From Vibrio vulnificus CMCP6 (GTDB taxonomy: Bacteria; Pseudomonadota; Gammaproteobacteria; Enterobacterales; Vibrionaceae): a stretch of 32,000 nt of DNA. The DNA lies in NCBI RefSeq assembly GCF_000039765.1, contig NC_004459.3, positions 2,031,127 through 2,063,126 on the forward strand, in the 5' to 3' direction. Both the position numbers and the translations under genes were made by a program. How positions within the stretch are numbered: the stretch's first letter is position 1; every line of letters begins with the position of its first letter. The notes below the pieces were generated by a model that saw nothing but the letters and a program-made list of their open reading frames with translations, was not told the DNA's origin and did no database searches. This document shows positions 1-8,264 of the stretch, one piece after another.

Positions 1-473
1 ATTATGAGCAAGAAGAGTACTTCAGCTTGTTTAGTTACCGAAAGCTTTTGAGGCCTTTTCTCGAGACGCATTACTGCATTGATGAACATATTGAGCGTTT
101 TAATAATCAGTCTTATCGAATTTTGAAAATACTAGAACAGGAAGGGAAGGTTGTGCGATTAAGTCCCCCTCGAATAAATAACGCTCAATTTGTTGCAGTC
201 GGAGGCACAAAAGTCACACAAGAAAAGCATAGAGTAGGCCAAGGGTATTTAGAGTCTGAGCTAGTTAGCGAAGAGCGACAATACCAAGATCAGTTGAACA
301 CTAAACTTGTTGAAATTAATGACCAAATAGTTGCGCATAAAGAACTGCTGGATCTATTTCCAGTTCATGGTGAACATTTGAACAACGAAATAGAAAAGCT
401 AGAGCGTGAAGCATTACTTACTGAATATAAGAAAGAAATTATGGGGAAGATTATTAATCAAGAGAAACGCTAA
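1..473 (+). CDS. C-terminal part of an unidentified protein with a coiled-coil-like tail; the frame is open to the left edge, so the supplied 27 start is probably internal
   Basis: Frame 3 has no stop from position 3 to 473 (YEQEEYFSLFSYRKLLRPFLETHY...IINQEKR*). The supplied start is TTG. Confidence 0.5.
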   Translation, partial: YEQEEYFSLFSYRKLLRPFLETHYCIDEHIERFNNQSYRILKILEQEGKVVRLSPPRINNAQFVAVGGTKVTQEKHRVGQGYLESELVSEERQYQDQLNTKLVEINDQIVAHKELLDLFPVHGEHLNNEIEKLEREALLTEYKKEIMGKIINQEKR

Positions 474-553
474 TCGTACATAAGGGTGGTTCTCGACCTG
501 CGGTCCGCACTATAGGAACTAGCACCAGGTTCGGAATTGGACTCTCTTTGTAG

Positions 554-575
554 TCATTCCCATGCGTGGGAATGA
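554..575. repeat. Perfect inverted repeat TCATTCCCA-TGCG-TGGGAATGA
   Basis: 9-bp arms with a 4-nt loop. The core ATTCCCA-NNCG-TGGGAAT is shared with 963-988. Confidence 0.8.
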
Positions 576-922
576 GCCAGCGGTTCGATAGTGATTTGTG
601 AGATGTTATGGGATCTTGCTTTAGTGTGTGGGGTAAATTTCGCAACTTTCAATAAATAAGCTTTGTTCGGCTGCAAACTCTTCGAGAATTGAGTCGACGA
701 TGTTGACGTAGTTGGAATAGCGACTGAAAAAAACGAAACATGAGTCTTCTCACTGTTGAGCATAGCGCGAACCTTGTTCATTCCGTTGTCTACATAAAAT
801 TGACCTTTGCGATCTCACTGGACGACATTTTGTCCATTAAACTTCGTCCTAGATAAAACGTTCAGTATTTCACTTGTGTCCATCTGCGGGGGTGGGGCTA
901 ACTTCTTACGGCATTGAGGCAT
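554..922 (-). pseudogene. Small ORF interrupted by one in-frame TGA (815-817)
   Basis: Minus-strand reading from ATG at 922: MPQCRKKLAPPPQMDTSEILNVLSRTKFNGQNVVQ*DRKGQFYVDNGMNKVRAMLNSEKTHVSFFSVAIP...SHAWE*. The supplied 554..781 ORF is only the distal part. Confidence 0.4.
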
Positions 923-962
923 TGCTAATTTCAGTTATCTCGAATAGATAAGAAGATATCAT

Positions 963-988
963 ACCTATTCCCAATCGTGGGAATAGGT
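963..988. repeat. Perfect inverted repeat ACCTATTCCCA-ATCG-TGGGAATAGGT
   Basis: 11-bp arms with a 4-nt loop and the same core as 554-575. No U-tract follows on either strand. Confidence 0.85.
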
Positions 989-1013
989 TATCGTGATGCA
1001 AAGTGTATTATTT

Positions 1014-1805
1014 TTAGCTTGGATGCCGTTTGTTGGTAGTTTTAGAAAACTCGCCGCGCTCTTCTAAGCGACCTTCTAAGTTAGCTTTCTTGATAAGCGT
1101 TTCTTGCAAGAGGGCAGCAGTTCGCTCAAGTTCTTTTCTCATATTCTGATTTTCAGATTTAATCTTCGCATTGTTGTCTTCTAAAATCGCGTTTTCACGC
1201 TGTAAGGCAAATGAAGAGTCTGAACTGGCTTGCAAAGTTGAGGCTCTGTTTTCAAGTACGCTCACTTCGGTTTTTAAGCGCTCATTGTCGATCTTTAGTT
1301 CACTAAGTTGCGCAGGTAGTTCTTTCAGCTCATCAAGTTTGTCTTGAAGCTCTTCGACCAGCTCACTGGATTGTAATGCTTGTAGGCGTTTCTGTTCAGA
1401 ACAGTGTTCAGCTATCTTTACTCGACTTTCTACAATACTAGCAATGTCACTCTCTACAGCTTGCCACAAAGCCGCTATGTCGAGTTTTAGTGCAGTTTCT
1501 AGCGGGCTGGAAAACCACTGGGGAACTTCTCGATTATATCGATTCGCATTAGGTTGAGCAGAATCGAGTATTTGAAATGCTATTTGAGCTTTTACATACC
1601 TCCCACCAACCGCGGCTTGTAATTGGGCTGGGTTCTCAAAACATTTTCCTTCCGCTTTTGCAGCTTCGTAAGCGTCAAGCATCACGTCGAAGGTAATGCC
1701 TTTATCGGGATCTTTGTTCGCGTTATGCATCTCTTGAATAAATTGCTGTTTAAGCTTGGTACGTAAGTCTGTAATGTAAGTGCGTTCGTTAGTTTGTATG
1801 TTCAT
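1014..1805 (-). CDS. KfrA-like DNA-binding protein with long C-terminal coiled coil
   Basis: N-terminal TFDVMLDAYEAAKAEGK...AAVGGRYVKAQIAFQIL resembles plasmid KfrA-type N-termini. It is followed by an extended E/L/K/Q-rich coiled coil. Confidence 0.6.
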   Translation of the reverse strand: MNIQTNERTYITDLRTKLKQQFIQEMHNANKDPDKGITFDVMLDAYEAAKAEGKCFENPAQLQAAVGGRYVKAQIAFQILDSAQPNANRYNREVPQWFSSPLETALKLDIAALWQAVESDIASIVESRVKIAEHCSEQKRLQALQSSELVEELQDKLDELKELPAQLSELKIDNERLKTEVSVLENRASTLQASSDSSFALQRENAILEDNNAKIKSENQNMRKELERTAALLQETLIKKANLEGRLEERGEFSKTTNKRHPS

Positions 1806-1818
1806 TCACTTACACCCC

Positions 1819-2025
1819 TTAGTACGGTAGCTCTGTTGTTTGTTCTTCGAGCCATCTTTCAATAGTCTCTCGTTCCCAGCCCACAATTCGCGTGCTGATT
1901 GCACGAGCTGGCGGGAGACGACCTTCTTTGCGCCAGCGCCACACAGTCACTTTACTTATATTTAGGTACGTAGCTAAGTCGCTAACTCTTATAAATTTTC
2001 TATCTATCATTTTTATTATTCTCAT
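1819..2025 (-). CDS. AlpA-family phage/island regulator or excisionase-like protein
   Basis: 68 aa; FIRVSDLATYLNISKVTVWRWRKEGRLPPARAISTRIVGWERETIERWLEE is a typical AlpA/MerR-like winged HTH. Confidence 0.75.
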   Translation of the reverse strand: MRIIKMIDRKFIRVSDLATYLNISKVTVWRWRKEGRLPPARAISTRIVGWERETIERWLEEQTTELPY

Positions 2026-2115
2026 TTTTGTTTTTATGTTTCTGTCTGATGTAATCGTATGAAAACAAACGCAAGTGTTGTAGATTAAAGAAAAGACACA
2101 ATAGGGTTTACACTG

Positions 2116-3300
2116 ATGGATAAGGTAGCTGCGGTAGTACTTGAAAAGAAACTGGAGGACAACCTTAAGAAACTTGAAGCACGATCTAGAAGTGAAAACA
2201 AAAAGCTAACTCAAAAGAAGAGTCCAAATGGTATATCTGTTATTGAAGCATTTGATGTTGATTTAGAGTTAGAAGTGTCTGAAGTGTTAATGTTAAATCT
2301 TCGTTTTCTTAAGACTTTTGCGGATCGAAAGCCGAATACCATTAAGGAGTTCGTTCGTTTTGCAGGAGGGTTGTCTGCATCAATTGATAAGCTTATTAGC
2401 TTCAGAACCCCAACATCGAATCTCTCACCAAAAGGATTACTTCAAGATCAAAACGATGAAGTTATCGAATACATTGATGTGATTGAGCAAATGCTCGTTA
2501 AAGCGAAGGGATTGACACCTCAAAGGCCATCATCTGACAATACTCAAACAAAACACACTACTTTGGCTTTACCTTTCTGTGCGCTTTGCTACAAACGAGT
2601 GAATCAGTCTCCATACTATTGTCGAGATCATCACTCTTCTAGGAGTGCTTTAGCATATAAGAAAGCCACAAGAAGATTGATTTCTGCCGTCTATCGCCAT
2701 AGTGATGATGAAGATGCGCAAAGTAAGCTAGAAGACTATAAACAAGGTAAAGAACGCTTGGATGCAAGAACTCTTTATTCTTGGCTTAACTTATTCTCAG
2801 TAGAGCCGCGATTGGTGATGTCTGAGCTACTCAAACTGGATCGAGATAATGCAGGCTGGCAAAGCTATGCTGAAGCTGTACTTACATTTACACGGGAGCA
2901 TTACCCCCATGCTTACGAGCAAATTAATGATATCGACAACATTACTTCTTGCTACGACGATTGGATTGTAAACGTTGCAAGGGTGCTAGGAGGGGACGTT
3001 GAGGCAAACTTGTGGAAAATTAAGGATGCTCTGATCTGGTTAAAGAGTGCGAATAACATTCAAAAATCGTTGACACTCCTAAACTGTATACGCAGATATG
3101 AAGCGTTTATGATAGTTAATAATTTCCCCGTTTTAAGCGGAGCGAAACAAGGCACCAATCCTAACATAGCGAAGCGTGAACAGTTGAAACAGCTATTAAA
3201 AGAAAGAGATGATGACCCATCTCTTACGATGAATGAGATTGCGAGAATATTAGGTGTGTCACGAACTGCTGTATACAAATTGAAGAATAAAATTATTTAG
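2116..3300 (+). CDS. Island protein with Cys/His zinc-ribbon-like motif and C-terminal HTH
   Basis: 394 aa; CALCYKRVNQSPYYCRDHH motif and C-terminal LTMNEIARILGVSRTAVYKLK (resolvase-type HTH). Divergent from the AlpA-like gene. Confidence 0.6.
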   Translation: MDKVAAVVLEKKLEDNLKKLEARSRSENKKLTQKKSPNGISVIEAFDVDLELEVSEVLMLNLRFLKTFADRKPNTIKEFVRFAGGLSASIDKLISFRTPTSNLSPKGLLQDQNDEVIEYIDVIEQMLVKAKGLTPQRPSSDNTQTKHTTLALPFCALCYKRVNQSPYYCRDHHSSRSALAYKKATRRLISAVYRHSDDEDAQSKLEDYKQGKERLDARTLYSWLNLFSVEPRLVMSELLKLDRDNAGWQSYAEAVLTFTREHYPHAYEQINDIDNITSCYDDWIVNVARVLGGDVEANLWKIKDALIWLKSANNIQKSLTLLNCIRRYEAFMIVNNFPVLSGAKQGTNPNIAKREQLKQLLKERDDDPSLTMNEIARILGVSRTAVYKLKNKII

Positions 3301-3514
3301 CACTAGAGGGTCAACTATAATAATTTGATTGCCAAATAGGTAAATAACTAAATGTATTCATGCTGGCAAGCAGCATGATTTTTCGTGGAATAGTGTCTCT
3401 ATTAAATGCCTTGAGTTTTCTTGTTTGAATAATAATTGTTTTTATATTGTCGTTTTTATTCAATGGATTATTAATCCTTGGACCTAAATAAGGCTACATT
3501 CCCTCAAAAAAATA

Positions 3515-3586
3515 TGTTATAACCATTATGACTGTTATAACTATTATGACTGTTATAACTATTATAACGGTTATAGCTTTAATATA
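3515..3586. repeat. Iteron-like 18-bp tandem repeats (3 good copies plus 1 degenerate)
   Basis: TGTTATAACCATTATGAC / TGTTATAACTATTATGAC / TGTTATAACTATTATAAC / GGTTATAGCTTTAATATA; the first three each contain the palindrome GTTATAAC. Confidence 0.8.
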
Positions 3587-3616
3587 AGGAGCAAGACTGA
3601 AAAATTAAAAACAAAT

Positions 3617-3631
3617 GAGCAAAGTTTGCTC
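3617..3631. other. Hairpin GAGCAAA-G-TTTGCTC followed on + by a T-rich tract
   Basis: Perfect 7-bp arms followed by TTGTTGATTTTTTT; possibly a terminator or small-RNA 3' end. Confidence 0.45.
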
Positions 3632-3960
3632 TTGTTGATTTTTTTTCGTTGTCGCAGAGAGCAATTGCTGTGTCGCAAAAGACAGTTTTAGTGCTTCGTG
3701 TGACACTTCTTTATTTGTTCGCACGTAGCGAAAGCTTTCGTGCAGAGACGTTTGTCTGCTTCGTCTGCAATGTAATTTTCGTGCATCAAAAAATTTCGCT
3801 TTGTAATTCAATGATTTTTTGGTTCGCTGTGGCTGTTTTCTGCTTCTAGAAAGCATTCATCCTGCCGATCGATTTGTATTGTTGTGGGGGATATAAAGGT
3901 TAAACTCAGGACTAAAATTTTCAGAACAGTGTTCAAACATAACTTGTTTTTTCATATTTA

Positions 3961-4013
3961 AAAAACAAAAAACAAAAAACAAAAAACAAAAAACAAAAAA
4001 CAAAAAACAAAAT
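3961..4013. repeat. Short tandem repeat (AAAAAAC)n, about 7 copies
   Basis: Uninterrupted 7-mer units visible directly; the exact end coordinate is approximate. Confidence 0.85.
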
Positions 4014-4160
4014 TTAATGTAGTTATGAATTTATGAGAACAGTGTTCTTGATAACCGCGATAATTATTTAATCTGACCTTATCTTCACGGAATTTATTGA
4101 ATGCATATACCCCATCATTTCAAGTGATACCATATCTATTTAAGAGAGCGGTTAGCTAGG

Positions 4161-4187
4161 CTACAGAGCTGTGCTCTGTAGATTTTC
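4161..4187 (+). terminator. Hairpin CTACAGAG-CTGTG-CTCTGTAG followed by ATTTTCT
   Basis: Perfect 8-bp stem with a modest T-rich tail. No annotated + strand gene lies upstream. Confidence 0.4.
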
Positions 4188-4547
4188 TATTAAGAGTGAA
4201 CATTGCTCTACTTCGTTAGTCAGTTAATCCTAGCTTAGATTCAAACTCTTTTTTGGACAAAACCTTGTTAGATCATCTGCCCTAATATCGATAACTCGAA
4301 TAATTTGAGGCATCATGAATGACTTACGATATCCCATCTCTAATGCATCTCTCACGCTTGATTTGGGTAGAAGCATGTATTCAAATAATCAGTTTAGTCA
4401 TCTAAAACATTCATAAATATCGACATTTTATACGCCATCACAATCCGATTTCTTTGCGGACTTATCGCGTTTTTGGAAAAAATGCACTAAAGTACTATCG
4501 TCTAATTGAGTTAGTAAAATAGTTAATACAATTCCATTTTCATATCA

Positions 4548-5855
4548 TCATATAAGATGCATAAGTAGTTCAGTGAGTATATCTTTTTTCAACTTTCCCA
4601 AGGTCTCTTCTTTTGCGTTTTCTGGAATAACCATTTGTAGCAATGAGCGTTTTAAATTTCCAATTGATTGAGGTGTTATAATCTGTTGTTCTCCTTTAAA
4701 CAATTTAACGATAGACTCAATGGCAGTATCAGGGTACTTTCTAACCATATTTAGGCTGGTGATAAGCTCTTTATCATGATGACTATAATAACCTTCAAGC
4801 CCATTTTCAGTTGCCACGGCTAACTTATATATAGACAGGGAGTTAGTAACTTTGAAGGGTAAGTTAGGCTCAAGAGCTATCTGTAATTTTTCTTGAGAAT
4901 TGTAATCAAAAAATATACCAATATCTTGGGCCTTATTTTTTATAGTAAATACTTTCCTTTCGCTAAGGTCATCTTCTACCAAATACGGATGTGATATGTT
5001 ATAAGACAAGTTTCCTCGAGCGTCGATATTGATCACATTGTAGTTACCTTTGGTATGATTACAATTGTGGCAAGCAGGTATCAGGTTATAAAAAGAAACA
5101 GCAAACATCGGAAACAGTGACTTAGGAATAAAATGATCAAGCTCAGGTCTTGCCTCATCATTTTTATCTATGACAACAACTGGAGTAAAATTCCGATTAC
5201 AATAAGGGCAAATCCTAGGCGCTACATACTTGGTCAATGAGTACGCACACCATTCCAAACTTTTTTCTCTAAACAGATCGTAATCAAACACTGCCTTACA
5301 TTCCACATAGCAGGTAATTAGCCTTTCATTAAGGTAAGGATTTAATTTTGACGCAAGAATTGTTACTGTTTTTCCAGATCTAAGATTCTTACTTTTCCTC
5401 TTATATTCACTGAGTTTTTGGCGATTTAAAGTATGTATATCTAAGTGACATTTCAATTGATAATCAATGTTATCTAAAGCTTGAATAGCATAATCTATGT
5501 TGGCATTAGTTCCAAGATGGTTGTCCAGCGCATCCCAAAATGATCTTAGTGATATAGGGCATTCAAAAGTAAGCTCAACATCAATAATTTTTCCGCTTTT
5601 TTTCTTGATACCACTAATATGAACATATTTGTGTTTAAGTTGATCTGAGATAGGTAAACTGACTAAGTCATCTTTAATTTTGTCAAAAAAACCATTAAGA
5701 ATTTTCAATAAAGTTTCAGGCGTGCCAGTTATTATTTCTTCAAAATTTCTAGATAAATAAACCGTATAGATATTTATTTGAGATGGTCGTTGATTAAAAT
5801 GCGCTTTGTGTTTTTTTATTGCATCGATAATGGTTGCATTGTTAATAAGAAACAT
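4548..5855 (-). CDS. HNH endonuclease, candidate PtuB-like component of a Septu-like defence system
   Basis: 435 aa; CPYCNRNF...RPELDHFIPKSLFPMFAVSFYNLIPACHNCNHTKG is an HNH fold with paired Cys. It starts 8 nt after the ATPase gene, on the same strand. Confidence 0.7.
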   Translation of the reverse strand: MFLINNATIIDAIKKHKAHFNQRPSQINIYTVYLSRNFEEIITGTPETLLKILNGFFDKIKDDLVSLPISDQLKHKYVHISGIKKKSGKIIDVELTFECPISLRSFWDALDNHLGTNANIDYAIQALDNIDYQLKCHLDIHTLNRQKLSEYKRKSKNLRSGKTVTILASKLNPYLNERLITCYVECKAVFDYDLFREKSLEWCAYSLTKYVAPRICPYCNRNFTPVVVIDKNDEARPELDHFIPKSLFPMFAVSFYNLIPACHNCNHTKGNYNVINIDARGNLSYNISHPYLVEDDLSERKVFTIKNKAQDIGIFFDYNSQEKLQIALEPNLPFKVTNSLSIYKLAVATENGLEGYYSHHDKELITSLNMVRKYPDTAIESIVKLFKGEQQIITPQSIGNLKRSLLQMVIPENAKEETLGKLKKDILTELLMHLI

Positions 5856-5863
5856 GATTATAT

Positions 5864-7672
5864 TTATTCATCTATTGATTTGATACGAGCTAAAAGTTGC
5901 CTTTCGTCTAAGCCTTCATCCAGAAGAGATAAAATACGCCCTTTAATAGATCTAGGATGTATTTTAACTCGATCGAGTCGGGATTGTAATTCCCTTTTTA
6001 GCAGTGGGTCTCCGACTTGATCCACTACTAACTCTATCGTTTTAATAGTTTCTAAGTTGTACTCTTCACAACTGTTAGTATCTAAATCTTCTAATTGAAC
6101 GGCTATCTTTTTTATAATATTTGCCGCATGCTCTCCGATTGAACGCTGTAAAATAAATTGAGACTTTAATATGTCATGAATATTTGCTGCAAATGTATTT
6201 ACATTGATATCATTATGATTCCCTAATGAAAGTGTCTTTTTATTTAGGATGTCAGATAAAATAAACGGAGAATGCGTAGCTAACACCACCTGAGGTTGTA
6301 CTCTCTTATTTTCGAACACTTTAATAAGTGTATTTATTAATAAGCGTTGCCACTCTGGGTGAAACGTGTGTTCAACTTCGTCAAAAATCACAATAGGCTG
6401 AATATTAGTAAAATAGTCGAGTTTCTCCTCAAGATTTCCAATGAAGTTGATGATATTCATTTCACCTGAACTCAAACCATCGATACAGACAGAGGAGAAA
6501 ATATTATCACCGCTGATCTCGTAAGTTCCTAACTCTTCTAACTCATTTCCATCAACTAGGTGTTTAAGTAAATCAAGCTTTCCAGGCTGATTGAAGGGGA
6601 TAATGATACAACCACCATAAACTTCGTTTTCTTGAAAACAATCAGAAATGAGATCTAATTTATGTCTAGTTTGGCCTACATACTTATGAAACTCAATATA
6701 ATGGCTTTGAAGGCCGAGATCTTCCAAAAAAGATTGAGCTTTATCTTGGGCATTTTTAATATTATCATTATTAATACCAAATCTAAGTATTGTAAATAAT
6801 AATGAAATGTCATCTTTGTGATATTTTAACTTAGTTCCATTAATTTGTTCTCTTTCAATGAATTTTGTAGCGAAAAGGAAAAAATAACAAATATAAAAGT
6901 AGTTAATGCTAAACTTATCATCATCTAATATTTTTCTCGTCTCCGTTTTGAGTTCTCTAAACCACTTATGTCTTATCGCATTGCCCCCAATCCCCATTGC
7001 AGATAAGTATGAACTAACCTTATTTTTAATTTCCTCATATTGCAGTACATAACTTGCGTGAGAGTTCTTGAAAATCTGTTCAAATATGTCGTAATTACCA
7101 ATACTTTCTTTAAAACTTGCGAATTGCTTTACATTGTTTGTGGTACTAGAATTTTTGAACTTATTATGTACGGGATCACCTCCAATACGATATAGGTTTC
7201 TTCCATCTATCTTTATATTTATTGGCCTGTGATTTTCATCTATTGGATTGTAATAAATGGCTTTTTTTTCTGTAAAATTAATGTTATTTGAAATTTCACC
7301 ATTCTTAAATGTGTAATCATTGTTATTAGTTATCATAACGAGATCCGAGTCACACCCAGAGTTATACCGTTCAATGATCAGAAAACCTGAGGCATTGTTC
7401 CCGTCTGAGGGGAACTCATTTAGACAAACTAAATGCGTAAGTACTTCTAAAACGTTAGATTTTCCTGAGCCGTTAGGCCCAACTATCGCACTAAAACCAT
7501 CCAAACCTGAGAGCGGATTTTTGACAGGATCGCTTGAACCAAAGTCACTGGAGGTTACAGTGACACAGTGTTGGTCAATTTGGATGTTGTAGTCGAGTGT
7601 AAAGCGAATACCTTTGTTTTGAACATTTTTATACTGATCAATCCGAAGATAAATAAGTCGGTAGTCATTCAT
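5864..7672 (-). CDS. ABC/SMC-like AAA ATPase, candidate PtuA-like component
   Basis: 602 aa; Walker A IVGPNGSGKSNVLE, signature-like LSSGEMNIINFI, Walker B IVIFDEVEHTFHPEWQRLL, switch-like VVLATHSPFILSDI. Confidence 0.75.
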   Translation of the reverse strand: MNDYRLIYLRIDQYKNVQNKGIRFTLDYNIQIDQHCVTVTSSDFGSSDPVKNPLSGLDGFSAIVGPNGSGKSNVLEVLTHLVCLNEFPSDGNNASGFLIIERYNSGCDSDLVMITNNNDYTFKNGEISNNINFTEKKAIYYNPIDENHRPINIKIDGRNLYRIGGDPVHNKFKNSSTTNNVKQFASFKESIGNYDIFEQIFKNSHASYVLQYEEIKNKVSSYLSAMGIGGNAIRHKWFRELKTETRKILDDDKFSINYFYICYFFLFATKFIEREQINGTKLKYHKDDISLLFTILRFGINNDNIKNAQDKAQSFLEDLGLQSHYIEFHKYVGQTRHKLDLISDCFQENEVYGGCIIIPFNQPGKLDLLKHLVDGNELEELGTYEISGDNIFSSVCIDGLSSGEMNIINFIGNLEEKLDYFTNIQPIVIFDEVEHTFHPEWQRLLINTLIKVFENKRVQPQVVLATHSPFILSDILNKKTLSLGNHNDINVNTFAANIHDILKSQFILQRSIGEHAANIIKKIAVQLEDLDTNSCEEYNLETIKTIELVVDQVGDPLLKRELQSRLDRVKIHPRSIKGRILSLLDEGLDERQLLARIKSIDE

Positions 7673-8126
7673 GTGAATTTTATTATTTATAGAGGTTAAG
7701 CCAATAAGGTAATATACCCAAATTTTTGTTTGTAGCCCAACAAAACAAATACCGTTGACAGACTATCAGCTCTACTACAGTGGGTAAAGAAGCACAAATA
7801 TAGTTCAAATAGTGACTACTTGTCATTGCGCAATGTTGGCTCTCAAGCCCACCATCACTACATAATTTTAGGCATGACAAATCAACATGAACAGCCTATG
7901 AATGAGTCCCAACTCTAAACGACTTTGGGGCAAAGGTGATTTAGGCAACTAAGAAGGATCTCTTCTGAGTTGCGAACGATAGTGCGCTCTTGAGTTTTAG
8001 CATTACACCAGATATCGCAAACAATGTAGTTGACCTATTTACGACTGATCTATTTCACTAAGTCGTTTTACTTAAAACTCTTGGATGATATGTGCTCTGG
8101 ACAGAGTTCTGACTAACTTCTGCTCA

Positions 8127-8225
8127 TATACTGTTTAGAGTATAAATATTAAATATACTCTGTGAAGTATATTGCTTTAATATACCCCATAGAGTATATT
8201 TTTACTGTATACTCTATAGGGTATA
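8127..8225. promoter_or_regulatory. hipBA operator array: half site, three dyads, half site at exact 27-bp spacing
   Basis: Full dyads AGAGTATA-N9-TATACTCT at 8137-8161 and 8191-8215. A weaker dyad (GAA)GTATA-N9-TATAC(CCC) is at 8164-8188. Half sites are TATACTGT at 8127 and AGGGTATA at 8218. Confidence 0.8.
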
Positions 8226-8264
8226 CAATGCACGCTGTCTCCATATCTAACTAAGGGTATCATA

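Noticed and set aside
815-817. In-frame TGA as selenocysteine codon
   Set aside because: No SECIS-like hairpin is evident directly downstream and no selenoprotein family is recognised. Nonsense mutation or sequencing error is simpler.
3605-3856. Overlapping 83-aa (-) and 66-aa (+) ORFs
   Set aside because: Both fall in the dyad-rich non-coding segment, have weak starts and low-complexity content, and resemble no family I know.
4230-4376. 48-codon minus ORF MLLPKSSVRDALEMGYRKSFMMPQIIRVIDIRADDLTRFCPKKSLNLS
   Set aside because: No Shine-Dalgarno, short, and not recognised. It could be a remnant but evidence is insufficient.
4548-8264. Possibility that the ATPase-HNH pair is a retron effector module
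   Set aside because: No reverse transcriptase ORF or msr/msd-like arrangement is visible in the window, so a standalone Septu-like system fits better.
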